From assembly GCF_018350175.1 (NCBI RefSeq), contig NC_058368.1, positions 34,784,001 to 34,848,000 on the forward strand: a stretch of DNA of 64,000 nt, given 5' to 3'. A program made the position numbers and the translations under genes. This document shows, one piece after another, positions 36,882 through 49,708 of this stretch (position 1 is the stretch's first letter; each line of letters opens with the position of its first letter). This DNA comes from Felis catus (Eukaryota). Under the pieces are notes generated by a model. That model was given only the letters and a program-made list of their open reading frames with translations, was not told where the DNA came from and did no database searches.

Positions 36882-39576
36882 ATTATATGCCAACACATTG
36901 GGCAATATGAAAGAAATGGACAAATTCCTAGAAACATGTAAACTACCAAAGCTGAAATGGGAAGAAATAGAAAATTTGAACAGACCCATAACCAGTAAAT
37001 AAATTCAATCAGTAATCAAAAATCTCCCAACAAACAAGAATCCAGGGACAGATGAATTTCTAGGGGACTTCTACCAAACATTTAAAGAACAGCTTTTCAA
37101 AACGTTCCAAAAAATAGAAATGGAAGGAAAACTTCCATACTCATTCTACGAGGCCAGCATTACCTTGATTCCAAAACCAGACAAAGACACCACTAAAAAT
37201 GAGAACTACAGACCAATTTCCCTGATGAACATGGATGCAAAAATTCTCAACAAGATACTAGCCAAACAGATCCAACAACACATTAAACTAATTATTCACC
37301 ATGATCAAGTGGGATTTATCCCTGGGATGCTGGGCTGGTTCAATATCCACAAATCAGTCAATGTGATACATCACATTAATAAAAGAAAGGATAAGAACCA
37401 CATGAGCCTATCAATAGATGCTAAAAAAGCATTTGATAAAATATAGCATCTTTCTTGATAAAAACCCTCAATATAGTAAGGTTAGAAGGATCATACCTCA
37501 AGATCATAAAGGCCATATATAAAAGACCCACTGCCAATATCATTCTCAATGGGGAAAAACAAAGAGCTTTCCTCCTAAGGTCAAGAACACAACAAGGCTG
37601 TCCACTCTCACCACTGTTATTCAACATGATGTTGGAAGTCCTGGCCTCATCAATCAGACAACACAAAGAAATAAAAGGCATTCAAATTGGCAAGGAGGAA
37701 GTCAAACTTTCATGATACTCTATGTGGAAAACCCAAAAGACTCCACCAAAAAAACTGCTAAAACTGATCCATGAATTCAGCAAGCTCACAGGAGATAAAA
37801 TCAATGTGCACAAATCAGTTTCAGTTCTATATGCCAATAATGAAGGAGCAGAAAGAGAAATCAAAGAATCAATCCCAATTACAATTATACCAAAACCCAT
37901 AAAATATCTATGAATAAACTTAACCAAAGAGGTGAAAAATCAATACACTGATAACTATAGAAAGCTTGTGAAAGAATGTGAAGACACAAAAAATGGAAAA
38001 ACATTCCATGCTCATGGATTAGAAGAACAAATATTGTTAAAATGTCAATATTACCCAAAGCAATCTACATATTCAATGCAACCTCTACAAAATAACACTA
38101 GCATTCTTCACAGAGCTAGAACAAACAATCCTAAAATTTGTATGGAACCAGAAAAGATCCCTAATAGCCAAAGCTATTGGCTATCCTGAAAAGGAAAATG
38201 AAAGGAAAGGAATCCTGAAAAGGAAAATGGAAGCTGGAGGCATCACAATTCTGGACTTCAACCTGTACTACAAAGCTATAATTGTCGAGACAGTATGGTA
38301 CTGGCACAGAAACAGACACTTGTATCAATGGAACAAAATAGACAACCCAGAAATGGACCCACAAACAAATGACCAACTAATCTTTCACAAAGCAGGAAAG
38401 AATACCCAAAGGAAAAAAGAGAGTCTCTTCAGCAAATGGTGCTGGGATAACTGGACAGTGACATGCAGAAACATGAGTCCAAACCACTTTCTTATACTAT
38501 ACACAAAAATAAACCTAAATTGGATGAAAGACCTAAATGTAACACAGGATGCCATCAAAATCCTAGAGGAGAACACAGGCAGCAACCTCTTTGACCTCAG
38601 CCACAGCAACTTCTTACTTGCAATGTCTCCTATTGGGACCTCATTAAAATAAGAAGCTTCTGCACGGTGAAGGAAACAATCAACAAAACTAAAAAGCAAC
38701 TGACAGAATGGGAGAAGACAGTTGCAAATGACATATCAGATAAAGGGTCAGTATTCAAAATCTATAAAGAACTTATCAAAGTCAACCCCCAAAAACCAAA
38801 TAATCTAGTGAAGAAATGGGCAAAAGACATAAATAGACACTTTTCCAAAGAAGACATCCAGATGGCAAACAGACACATGAACAGATGCTCAACATCACTC
38901 ATCATCAAGGAAATACAAATAAAAACCACACTGAGATACCACCTCACACTAGTCAGAGTGGCTAAAATTAACAACTCACTAAACAATGGATGTTGGCGAG
39001 GATGTGGAGAAAGAGGAACCTTTTGCACTGCTGGTGGGAATGCAAAATGGTGCAGCCACTGTGGGAAATAGTATGGAGGTTCCTCAAAAAATTAAAAAAT
39101 AGAACTATCCTATGACCTAGAAATTGCACTACTAGGTATTTATCCAAAGGATACAGGAGTGCTGATTTGAAGGGGTACATGCACCCCAATGTTTATAGTA
39201 GGACTATCAACAATGGTCAAAGTATAGAAGGATCCCAAATGTCCATCGACTGATGAATGGATAAGGAAGATGTATATATATCCACTTATAAATTACCTGA
39301 ATAACAAAGAAGTTATTATTTCTACCACAGTTATTTCCTATCCCTATGTCAGATGAGAAGCCCTAAATTTGCTTAGGTGAAAACAAATTCTGGGTCTGAG
39401 CTGCCTTCTAAATGCCTCTATAGGAACCTTGAAATATTTGCATTTGTGAAATGTTAAGGATAGTCTAAGGGATTTACCATTTCTATAGAAATTTAGAATT
39501 ATGAAATTCATAATTTGAAGCTTGGGATTACTTCAGAAGATAAATTTTATATTGTACTGACTAAAAGAATTGCATT

Positions 39577-39582
<6 letters not shown>

Positions 39583-39626
<44 letters not shown>
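39583..39626. repeat. (TG)n microsatellite
   Basis: About 22 TG units. Confidence 0.97.
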
Positions 39627-39629
<3 letters not shown>

Positions 39630-40859
39630 GTAGCATTTGAAACACCTCTGAATAAATGAATGATACTGTCAGAATCCCTGGAGGGATTCTGTTTATGATC
39701 TGGTCTTGACTGATAACAGAGGTAATGAATAAGAGGCTGTGGGAAAGTTCTAAGCAACAGGAGCTTTTGAACTTATTGCAGCAATTTCTCTTCTTTGAAG
39801 AGTAGATGATTTGGCCAAGGAAAAGAAAAAATAAAGGTTCCAAGTCAAAATCTAATAATGGCTCTTTAAAATGGGTTTAGTTCTTCTTTAATATATAAAA
39901 AAAGTTCAAGAGAGATAAAGAGATATTTCTCAAAAGAACATACATAAATAATAAATAAAAGTGTAATGAGATAACCAGAAATTATACTTATTGTGATTCT
40001 CTTTTATTCATTTCCCTCTTTGAGACCTTTTTTACAGTTAATCAGAGACAGATTATTTCCAGTATTATTACAGTGGAAATAGAAAGAGCCAAAGACATGT
40101 TTTCCATTATTCTCTTTTTTTTTACATCTAAAATGATGCTGAGGGTAGGTAGCAGGGTACCAAGTTACCGCCATGTATTAAACTGCAAAGAGGGGAATGA
40201 AAAACACAACTAGTCAATCATAATAAAGATGAGTTGTCTGTGCTGGGGGAGAGGAATGTGAACATAACCTTAGACAAAAATCTGATGGCAGGATACAGGA
40301 GAAGGTGATCTGGGAGGACTGTGTGGAGAGAAGTGGGATCAGTCAGAAGATTGCTGAGCAGTGCTGGTAGCCAGTGCCTTCTTGACATGATAGCTGTGCC
40401 CAGGCTCATAGACCATGATTGCCAGTAAAGGAGGAACTGACGACACTTTGGTGGTAAAGTCAAAATCCTTGCTTATTCCATGTCTTCCCTTCATATTAGC
40501 TTGCAATTCCCCCCCTAGGTAACCCATCAGGGAGATTTGTTCCTTACTTAGAAACCATTTTATGTTTATTTAGATTCCTCATTTGTGAAAAATCCCTATG
40601 ACATTCCTAAGCTACAGAAAATAGATACCAAGTGTCCTTGACATTTCAATAGGCAAGCCTGTCAAGAAAGGGAACACTTACTCTAGTTTTGGGGAGTAAA
40701 AAAAATTATCCCTTAAGAAAATCAGACATGTTTAACCCAATTCTAATCAAGTTAATGCAGATGAAAAGGGATACATTCTTATACCTCAAGTTGGTGAATG
40801 TTTGCTACATAAAACTCAGCTTTTCCAAAGGCACAATAAACAGATACTTTACTATGTGA

Positions 40860-41130
40860 CTGCTGAGCATAAACTAGTTCAAACCCTTTGCAGGTTATTT
40901 GACAATTTATATCAAGAATCATAAAAATGGTCATACTTTTAATTAAGACATCACTTCAATGAATTTATCCTGGGGCACTAAGTGGGAATGTGCAGAAAAG
41001 TGCGTTTGCATTAAAGTATTATCAAGATATCATTAAAGCATTATTTATGATATCATAAAATTCAAAACTGCCTAAATATCAGCAATGGGATACTCTTCAA
41101 GCAAATAATGTATCCATAGGAGAGAAACAA
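40860..41130 (+). mobile_element. Ancient L1 (L1ME-like) fragment
   Basis: ataaactagttcaaaccctttg...aaaaatggtcatacttt...gaatttatcct...gcattatttatgata...cctaaatatc. Confidence 0.55.
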
Positions 41131-44100
41131 TTGAAGGTAACTTTCACTATATCCATAGCATATTTTAAGTAAATTTTGTTCTATATAAATAAATATAAAA
41201 TGAATTCTATGTAAATACAGGTAAAGTAAGATACATAACTATATGCAATAAGCAAATACACATACAAATTCATGAACACACACAGACACACTCACACACA
41301 CTGTTCTAGGTACCCAAAATTTCATAATAGACCAGAATTGTGTCTTATTTAAGGTGGGAGAAGTTCTAGGATACTGTGAGCATAAATAATGCCACTTCAC
41401 TTGTTGATGGGTGAGGTTCCAGAAAACTCTGCAACAGTGACACAGGTCAACTGTGATGAGACTCTGCATAGCCTGCCTAAAACTCTCCTGAATAGCTTCA
41501 TATCATCTCTCAATTCCTATACATATTCTTAGTTTTCCAGTGCTTGATCCAACTACTCAACAATCACCCCCCCCCCTAATATTTCAATTTTATGCCTTTA
41601 CAGGACAGAATATGAAAGAGAGAGACTGTCTTTTAGGATACACCTAGAGTCAAGATGATGCCAAACACAACAGACTCTCCCTATGGGGAAATATTGTAAC
41701 ATAGAAAAACACACTTAAAAGAAGAGGATCAGCTGTCTGCTTTTAAATTGATCCGATGGAGTTGTCATCAAAGTTTCTGTTCCCATATACAGGTTTTAAG
41801 AACCAAAAATGGTACACTTCTATTTGTATGATACTTCCTACCTTTGAATATTCAATTATACCCTCAAATAATTTTTTATTCTAATGCTTACTCTACTGAG
41901 GAAATTATCATTAGCTTTAGATAATCATAACTATAGTGCCTATGAGAGAGAAGATTTGTCAGAGAAGTATTAATCCAGATATGACAGATTCACTATAAAT
42001 TTTTCAGTATTAATTGTTGAAGAGTTTATGGTAGAATGTACACATGTCGGACAACTACAATTTTATTTCCACTTCAAACAAAAATGCCAACCTTTTCTTA
42101 CTTGTAGAATTCACAATTAAAAGAGAAAATAAAGCAATGTAGTAGAGATGCATTGCATAATAGTGAGAGCATATTGATAAAATAGTAATATTGAAAAGAG
42201 GTGGAGTACAATCCAAAAAATATATGTAAATGTTTCTTCCTCAATAAATATCATTTTGGCAGTGATAAATTTCTTTAAAGAAAAAATAAAAACTTATACA
42301 TTAGCTTTCCACTCTTTCATAAGCAAGATCAAAGCAAATATATATGAGTAACAATGACATTGATTCATTATGATATAATCAAGGTCTTAGTAAGGCAGAG
42401 TAGAAGTTATTGTTCTGCTAAAATTTGAGAAACCAACCAACCACTTTTACTATGGGCTGCTGCATTAACTAGAATTCTTTGGTTTGCAATGTGAACACAA
42501 AACAAAACAAAACAACAGTATACTTTGAACAATAAAAAAAATTGTTGGATCACATAACTGAGGTGTTCTTTCATGGAGTTCTTTCAAGTACTAGAGAAAA
42601 GGTAAAATCTTCTACCTCAACAATAGTTCCCTCAAAAGTTAGGAATTGAATTGCATCAGTCCTAATGTGTCTTGTGTAAGCCCAAGGGAAATGGATAATG
42701 GAATATACGTAATGGTTTATGTCATTTGGGGTTTACTCTAGGAGTTGCAGTAGAGTCTTTTCAATGAATCCAGGAAATAGAGGATACAATTAAAATGAGT
42801 CAACTAGTCCACTGTTCACCCCATTTATCACTGAAAGCCAGTTTGGATTTTTAGAACTTACCAGCATTTTCCATTGTCCATTTCTTAAGTTTGTCTCCAA
42901 ACCAAAAAGTTAAATTTTAATTCTAATTTAAGCATCACAAAAATTTCCCCCATCCAATGAGACAGGATTGCATGTATGTTAAAGAGAACCTTGTCAGTCA
43001 AAGAGTAGACATCTTCTAGGTGTATAAGCTAACCTCATGTAAGGGACTGAAGTGATGTCTCTTTGTCAGGGTTCACTCTATGGAGCATTTGACTTCTGTT
43101 TTACTGGGCACTATATTGAAACACACAATATTCTAAGCCAAATTGTTTGATGTCTTGTCTTAATTATAAAACCTCCTAGGTTTTGTGACAATCTCTCTCT
43201 GATGTGGAAATTTTATCCATGAAATGATTAGTTCTAAGAGATTTCTGTAAACATCAAATGAAAGAGTTATTCTAATGTGCTTACTAAACTGTAAAGTCCT
43301 ATGAAGAAAAGAAAATATGCACAAAGGTTCAGTATTATTGATATTATTGGCATATTATCAAGCAGTAGAATCACTTTATAAAATGGGAATTGCAGAAAGT
43401 TACTTAATCACCAGTTTGACATTTCAACATGTATTTAACTAAAACTTTACGTCCTAGGTTTCTGAACAGTGTTTGATAAACATATCAATAAAAAGAGAAG
43501 CAACCAGCGAAAGTGGCACTGATTCTAATCATGCACTTAAACTCTTCTCTTAACTTTATTACTTTTTCCTACTTCTTTTCTCATGCTCCATCTGCAAGCT
43601 ACTAATCCCAGAACCATCTCCCTTGAGTATTTTTTTTTCTCACAGAGACAGTTTCTTGAACTGAAAGGATGTTAAAAGAAAGATTAGTGCCTAGCAGAGA
43701 ATCTCCTCCTGAAGCAAAAAGTGGACCCAATGGGACAATCAGAAGAAAGAAAGAATAACTTGGAGATTTGAAACAAAGCAGGTTGCAGAGAGTAGTCAGG
43801 AATACAGGACCCAGAAACCTCAAACAACCCTGTGAGAATTTTCATTAGCAAGGACAAGCTTATTTCTAACAGCCTCCGTCCTCTCCATGACTTTCCAAAT
43901 TGGTTTCTAATTGAATTAAATTTCCTAGAATAACAATTCTTTTGGAAGAGGAACATTGTGGCCAACACAAAACTCGACCCATTTTTAGATACAATTAGTA
44001 TAATAAAATATATAGTTGACTATATGACAAATAGAGCAGGATTAATCAATCAATAATTATGAATTTGGTGGCATGGACAAGTTTTTCCTGGAATGGGTAA

Positions 44101-44615
44101 GCTAAATTTTTTGTGATAAATCCACATGGTTATAACCAAGTTTGATATACAGAAAAACTAATAACAGTATCGACTTTATCTTTTTGACACAACACTTTTG
44201 ACGATGTTGCCCAAGAACTGACTTCTTATTGAAATTTTTCATGATTCTCTTCAGATGATAATTCATCTTTATTAAAGTCATACAATCTTTTAAAATGTGG
44301 TGTACCATTCACTATATTTATTTATTATTGCTGAATATTCTGTCAATTTGCCAACCAGGTTTTAAGCTTCCAGAGCCTAGTTTCCAGGGCAAAGCCAACA
44401 CTCAACAAAGGTTCTTTATTACACATCTTCCAAGTGTTAGGTTCAGTATTAGGTGCTGACATGTTTTAGAGTAATAATAGGCTAATCCTGTGTAATTAAT
44501 ATGTTTACACAGAGATATATACCATGTTGCCTGACTTCTAAAGTGCAGTCAACAAAATGGAAGGTAACTGGGAGGAAGGTGGAAATTTCCAAGTTTGTTC
44601 CATGCTAAATTATTT

Positions 44616-44799
44616 TTTTTAATTTTTTTAAATGTTTATTCATTTTTGCGAGACAGAGAGAAAAGAGGGGAGAGAGAGAGACAGACAGACAGAGTCCAAA
44701 GCAGGATCCAGGCTCTGAGCTGTGAGCAGTGTTAGAGACACACTTGAACTCAGTGACGGCAAGTTGGACACTCAACTGACCAAGACACCCAGGTGCCCC
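44616..44799 (-). mobile_element. CanSINE with internal deletion
   Basis: Antisense body ending cacccaggtgcccc. TSD taaat(t/c)attt. Confidence 0.88.
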
Positions 44800-45324
44800 T
44801 AAATCATTTCCTTAAATTAGTAACCATCTTTTGCTTAGCACGTATTTAAAAAAAATAGATCTGCCTCATAATTCAAACTTTGTGCTTGTATTGCTGAGTT
44901 ATTGTTTCATTCTCTCTTCTAGATGATACCTGCAATCTTGGTTCTCAATACATATTATTGTAGTAATAGAGTACAAAAGAATTGTAAAAACTATATTTGA
45001 AGTTTTCCTTCATTTCTAAAATTCAGCAGGCTTTCTAATAAGGTACTATTTTTCATTATAAAAGTTTCACCATTTTCCTTACACTTGAAGAGGGTCGACT
45101 ATATTATGCTAGATCACATTAAAACTCTAGTGTCCATTTAAATCTGGCTTCAAGCAGGAAGAAGAATAGCACAAGAAAAATGTGTAGAACAAAGAAACCA
45201 TTATTTCTTGCCTTCAGTTATACTCTACAATTTTTTTTATTCTCTCAAGTTGCCTATTAGTCTGGATCCCAAGAAAAAATTACTTGGAATATGATTTCCT
45301 TTTGGCTGACCTTTTAAAAAATAT

Positions 45325-46025
45325 AATTTTTTTTAGAGCAAGTGTAGGATCACAGCAAAATTGAATGAAAAATGGAGAGACTTCCCATTTACCATACTCC
45401 CACACATGCATGACCTCTCCTATCATCAGCATCCCCACCAGAGTGGTGCATTTGTTACAAGTTATGAACCTACATCAACACAACATCATCACCTACAGTC
45501 CATAGTTTACAAAGGGTTCACTCTTGGTATTGTACATTCTATGGATTTGGGTAAATGTATAATGACATGTATCCACGATGATAGTATCATCCAGAATAGT
45601 TTCACTGCCCTAAAAATCTTGTGTACTCTGCCTAGTCATCTATTTCTCTCCCCTAACTCCTGGCAACCACTGGGCACTATAGTGTCTCCATAGTTTAGCC
45701 TTTTCTAGAATGTCATTTAATTGGAATCAGACAGTATATAGTTTTCCAGATTGATTTCTTTCATTTAATGTGGACTTGAGTTTCCTCAATGTTTTGTCAT
45801 GGTTTGATAGCTCATTTCTTTTTAATGATGAATGAACTCTATTGTCTGCATTACCACAATGTATTTATCCTTTCACCTACTGGAGGGTATCTTGGTTGCT
45901 TCCAAGTATTGTCAATTTTGACTAAAACAGCTATAAATATCCATGTGCAGGTTTTTGGTGGGCATAAGTTTTCAATTACTTTGAGTGACTACCAACAGAT
46001 ATGATTGCTAGATCACATAGCAAAA
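45325..46025 (-). mobile_element. L1MC1/L1MC2-like 3' end
   Basis: ttttagagca...cacagcaaaattga...atccccaccagagtggtgcatttgttacaa...agtccatagtttac...gggttcactcttggt are diagnostic L1MC 3'UTR blocks. Confidence 0.85.
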
Positions 46026-47260
46026 AAAAATTTGTAAAGACTTTTATTTTTAAATATGAAATCACTGACACTAAATTCTAAAAGTCTATGTTATAGGAGA
46101 TTAGAATAAATAGCATGGGGTTGAACAAAAATCAAAGTCTTAGTTTTACAGAAAGAGTAAAAAATATATTTATATATATACAACGGTTGGTGGCAATTCA
46201 TTAGTAACCTCCCATACTGGACAGCAACAAGTTTTAGCCCTAAAAATATAAATTTCATAAATGTTTGGATTACTAATAATTACATGGATATCAATAGACT
46301 CTTTGGATCCAAAAGAAGTTAGATTTTCTTATAATAAATTGTTCTAATAGTTATCAGTTTACTTGGGTTCCTACTGTAAATGTTATTCCATTGTCCTAGT
46401 AGAATATTGGATTCCAGAACTCCCTCGCACCCACCCTTAGAATCACTATCACTTAAAAACACTGCTGTAAATGGCAAGACGTATTCATTATGCATACAGT
46501 TCAGAAAAGAAACTGTTAAAAAATATTTTCCTTGTGAATAGGCCACTTTTGCTAGAGCACTTTCCAAAATCATGCCCCAAAGAGCAAGAGTTCTGGACTA
46601 AGATAAATAAGGTTGTAGATTAACTTATATTACATTATTCCATCATTCTCAGCATATATTAACATGTTAAAGGTTCTGAAAATGTTACAACAATAGCAAA
46701 TATTTAAATTTCTCAAATTTACCTGTGCACAAAACCCTTTTTCACAATTAACAGGAAATAACCCATAGACTAAGCTGTTAGAAACAGTGATCTAAACATA
46801 TCGATTGATATTTTCCATTTTCTAACTTAAATACGCTGCATAGTTTTATAGTGATGATTCATTTATCAGGCATTGTTATAAAATTCACTGGTCCATATAA
46901 ATTAAATGTCTCGAGTTCATCTATTTATTCTTAAAATATTTCTTGGGTGACTGTGCACAGAGGGCTCTTTGCTTTCCAGAGAATAAATAACTGAAAAAAA
47001 TGTTACTAAAAAGCTGAAAATGTAAAAAAGAAAATTATACAAATAAAATTTTGTAATGGAATGCAAAAATTGATTAAATAGCTGTGGCTTTGATGATAGT
47101 TCTGAAATACCGTCCTTTTTAAAAAAAATAATTTGATTAAAGTTATACTTAGAATAAATTTGAAGTTTGTTTCATTGCACAGGATTACAATGTTGAGTTT
47201 AACTTGGTATAATATCATACGTTCTAAAGTTTTAAAAACATTTAGAACTCCTTACACCTA

Positions 47261-47435
47261 GTTGTTTTAAGTTTATTTTGTGTGTTTGTGAGAGAGAGAG
47301 TGCTAGTGGGGAAGGGGCAGAGAAAAGGAGCAGACTCTGTGCTGTCAGCTTAGTGCCTGATGCAGGGCTCAATCCCATGACCTGAGCAGAAATCAAGAGT
47401 CAGAGGTTTAACTGACTGAGCCACCTGGGCACTCC
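47261..47435 (-). mobile_element. CanSINE (older)
   Basis: TSD agaact(c/g)cttacaccta at 47244-47260 and 47436-47452. Confidence 0.92.
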
Positions 47436-47654
47436 AGAACTGCTTACACCTATATTTAATGATACCAAATAGGTTCTTATGATTTTTGCTTTTTCATTCA
47501 CTTCATTATGTAAACTATTTCTGCTTTTTGGTTTTATTGTATCATCTTTGTGAAATCTCTGACCAATGCTCCCAGCTTCTTGCCCATAATAAGTTTAATG
47601 ATTGGAAGAGAAAATCAAATAGCCAAATTTAACACTGAGCTAAACATTATCCTT

Positions 47655-49398
47655 TTTCTTTTAATTGAAGTATAATTGACACAGATTACCCTATTAATTT
47701 CAGGTTACATCATGGTGATTCAATATTTTTATACATTACAAATGATCCCCAAAATAAGTCTGGTTACCATCGGTCACCATACAAAGTCATCACAATATCA
47801 TTGACTACATTGTCTATACCATATATTATATTGCTAGGACTTATTATTACTCAACGTTTGTATCTCTTAGTTCCCTTTTCTATTTAACCCAGTACCCCAA
47901 CTACCTCAACCCTTCCCCTCTCTGGTAACCAATAGTTCTTTCTGTTTTGTTTGTTTGTTTTGTTTCTTAGATTCCACATAGCAGTGATATCATATTATGT
48001 TTATCTTTCTGTGTCTGACTTACTTACTTAGCATAACACCATCTAGGTCCTTTCATGTTACCACAATAGTAAGATTTAATTATTTTTTATATGTCACACC
48101 TATTCTATCCATTAATTTATCAACATACACTAAGGTTATTTCCACATTTTGGCTCTTACAGAAAATGCTGTACATAAATATAATGGTGCATATATCTCTT
48201 TGGATTGGTGTTTCCATTTTCTTTTAATAAATACCCAAAAGTGGAATTGCTTGATCATATGGTAGTTCTATTTTTAACTTTTGAAGGAAATTCCATACTG
48301 TTTTCCATAGTAACTGTACCAATTTACATCCCCACCAATGGTGTACAAATTTTCCCTTTTTTCCACATCTTAATCAACACTTTTTTGTTTGGTATTTTTT
48401 TTTGGGGGGGGGGGGGCAAAAACCAATCTGACAGGTATGAAGTGATATCTCTCATTGTGGTTTGATTTGCATTTCCCTGATGATTGGTGATGTTGAAAAC
48501 CTTTCCATGTGACTATTGGCCATCTCAATATCTTTTCAGGAAAATGTCTGTTGAAGTCCTCTGTACATTTATTAATAATTTTTCATATTAAGTTACTAAG
48601 ATTTTATGTTGTTGGGGCATTTACCCCTCATCAAATGTATGGTTTGCAAATATTGTCTCTCACTCAGTAGGTTGTCTTTTTGTTTTGTTTATAGTTTCCT
48701 TTGTTGTGCAAAAGCCTTTAAGTTTGATATAATCCCACTTGTTTATTTTGTCTTTTGTTGTCCTTGCCTGAGGAGATTGATCCAAAAAAATATTACTGAG
48801 ACTGATGTCAAAAAGCTTACTGCCTATGGTTTCTTCAAGGAGTTTTATGGTTTTAAGTCTTACATTCAAGTCATTAATCCATTTTTAATTTATTTTTGTA
48901 TATGGTGTAAGACAGTGAATAGCCTAGTTTTATTCTTTTGCATATAGCTGTCTAGTTTTTCCAATACCATTTATTGAAAAGACTTTACCCCCTTGTATGT
49001 TCTTGCTTTCTTAGTCATAGATTAATTGACCATATATGCATGGGCTTTCTTCTGGCCTCTCTATTCTATTCCATTTATCTATGTGTATCTTTTCACGTGT
49101 GTGTACCATTCTGTTTTGGTTACTATGGCTTTGTAATATAGTTTGAAATCAGGGAGTGTGATACCTGTAGCTTTGTTCTTTCTCAAGGTTGTTTTGGCTA
49201 TTCAGGGTCTTGTGGTTCCATACCAATTTTAGGAATCTCTGTTCTAGTTCTGTGAAAAATACCATTGGTATTTTGAAAGGGATTGCACTGAATCTGTACA
49301 TTGTTTTGGGTAGCATGGAGATTTTAACAATATTATTTTTTCTAATCCATGAGCATGGAATATCATTCAGTTTATTTGTGCCTTCTTCAATCGCTCTT
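47655..49398 (-). mobile_element. 5'-truncated old L1 (~1.75 kb, L1MA9/L1_Carn-like)
   Basis: Minus ORF 48660-48869 (NVRLKTIKLLEETIGSKLFDI...INKWDYIKLKGFCT). 3'UTR terminus ttaattgaagtataattgac. Short flanking repeat ttatcctt. Confidence 0.92.
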
Positions 49399-49429
49399 CT
49401 TTATCCTTATTGTAAAGAAGATATGTTTT

Positions 49430-49555
49430 GGGGCACCTGGGTGGCTCAGTCAGTTAAACGTCCAACTGCAACTCAGGTCATGATCTCGGGTTCCTAAGTT
49501 TGAGCCCTGAGTCAGACTCTGTGCTGACAGCTCAGACCTGGAGCCTACTTCGGAT

Positions 49556-49599
<44 letters not shown>

Positions 49600-49662
49600 C
49601 CTCCCCCACTCACATTCTCTGTCTCTCTGTCTCTCTGTCTCTCTCTCAAAAATAAATAAACA

Positions 49663-49700
<38 letters not shown>
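49430..49700 (+). mobile_element. CanSINE with internal (CT)n and (GA)n tail
   Basis: ggggcacctgggtggctcagtcagttaa head. Degenerate TSD agat(a/c)tgttt. Confidence 0.93.

Positions 49701-49708
<8 letters not shown>

Larger units (their letters stand above)
32705..39280 (+). mobile_element. Near full-length feliform/carnivore L1 with intact 5' end and truncated 3' end; inactive
   Basis: 5' end gagttaagatggtg and a GC-richer 5'UTR. ORF1 from ATG 34550 and ORF2 from ATG 35532 (MVLNSYLSVLTLNVN...). RT fragments ([30 protein letters not shown]). Stops at ...DEWIRKM ~39272 with no 3'UTR or poly(A). Confidence 0.95.

Noticed and set aside
41044..41059. 16-bp perfect palindrome tttatgatatcataaa
   Set aside because: AT-rich and inside a decayed L1 fragment; plausible by chance.
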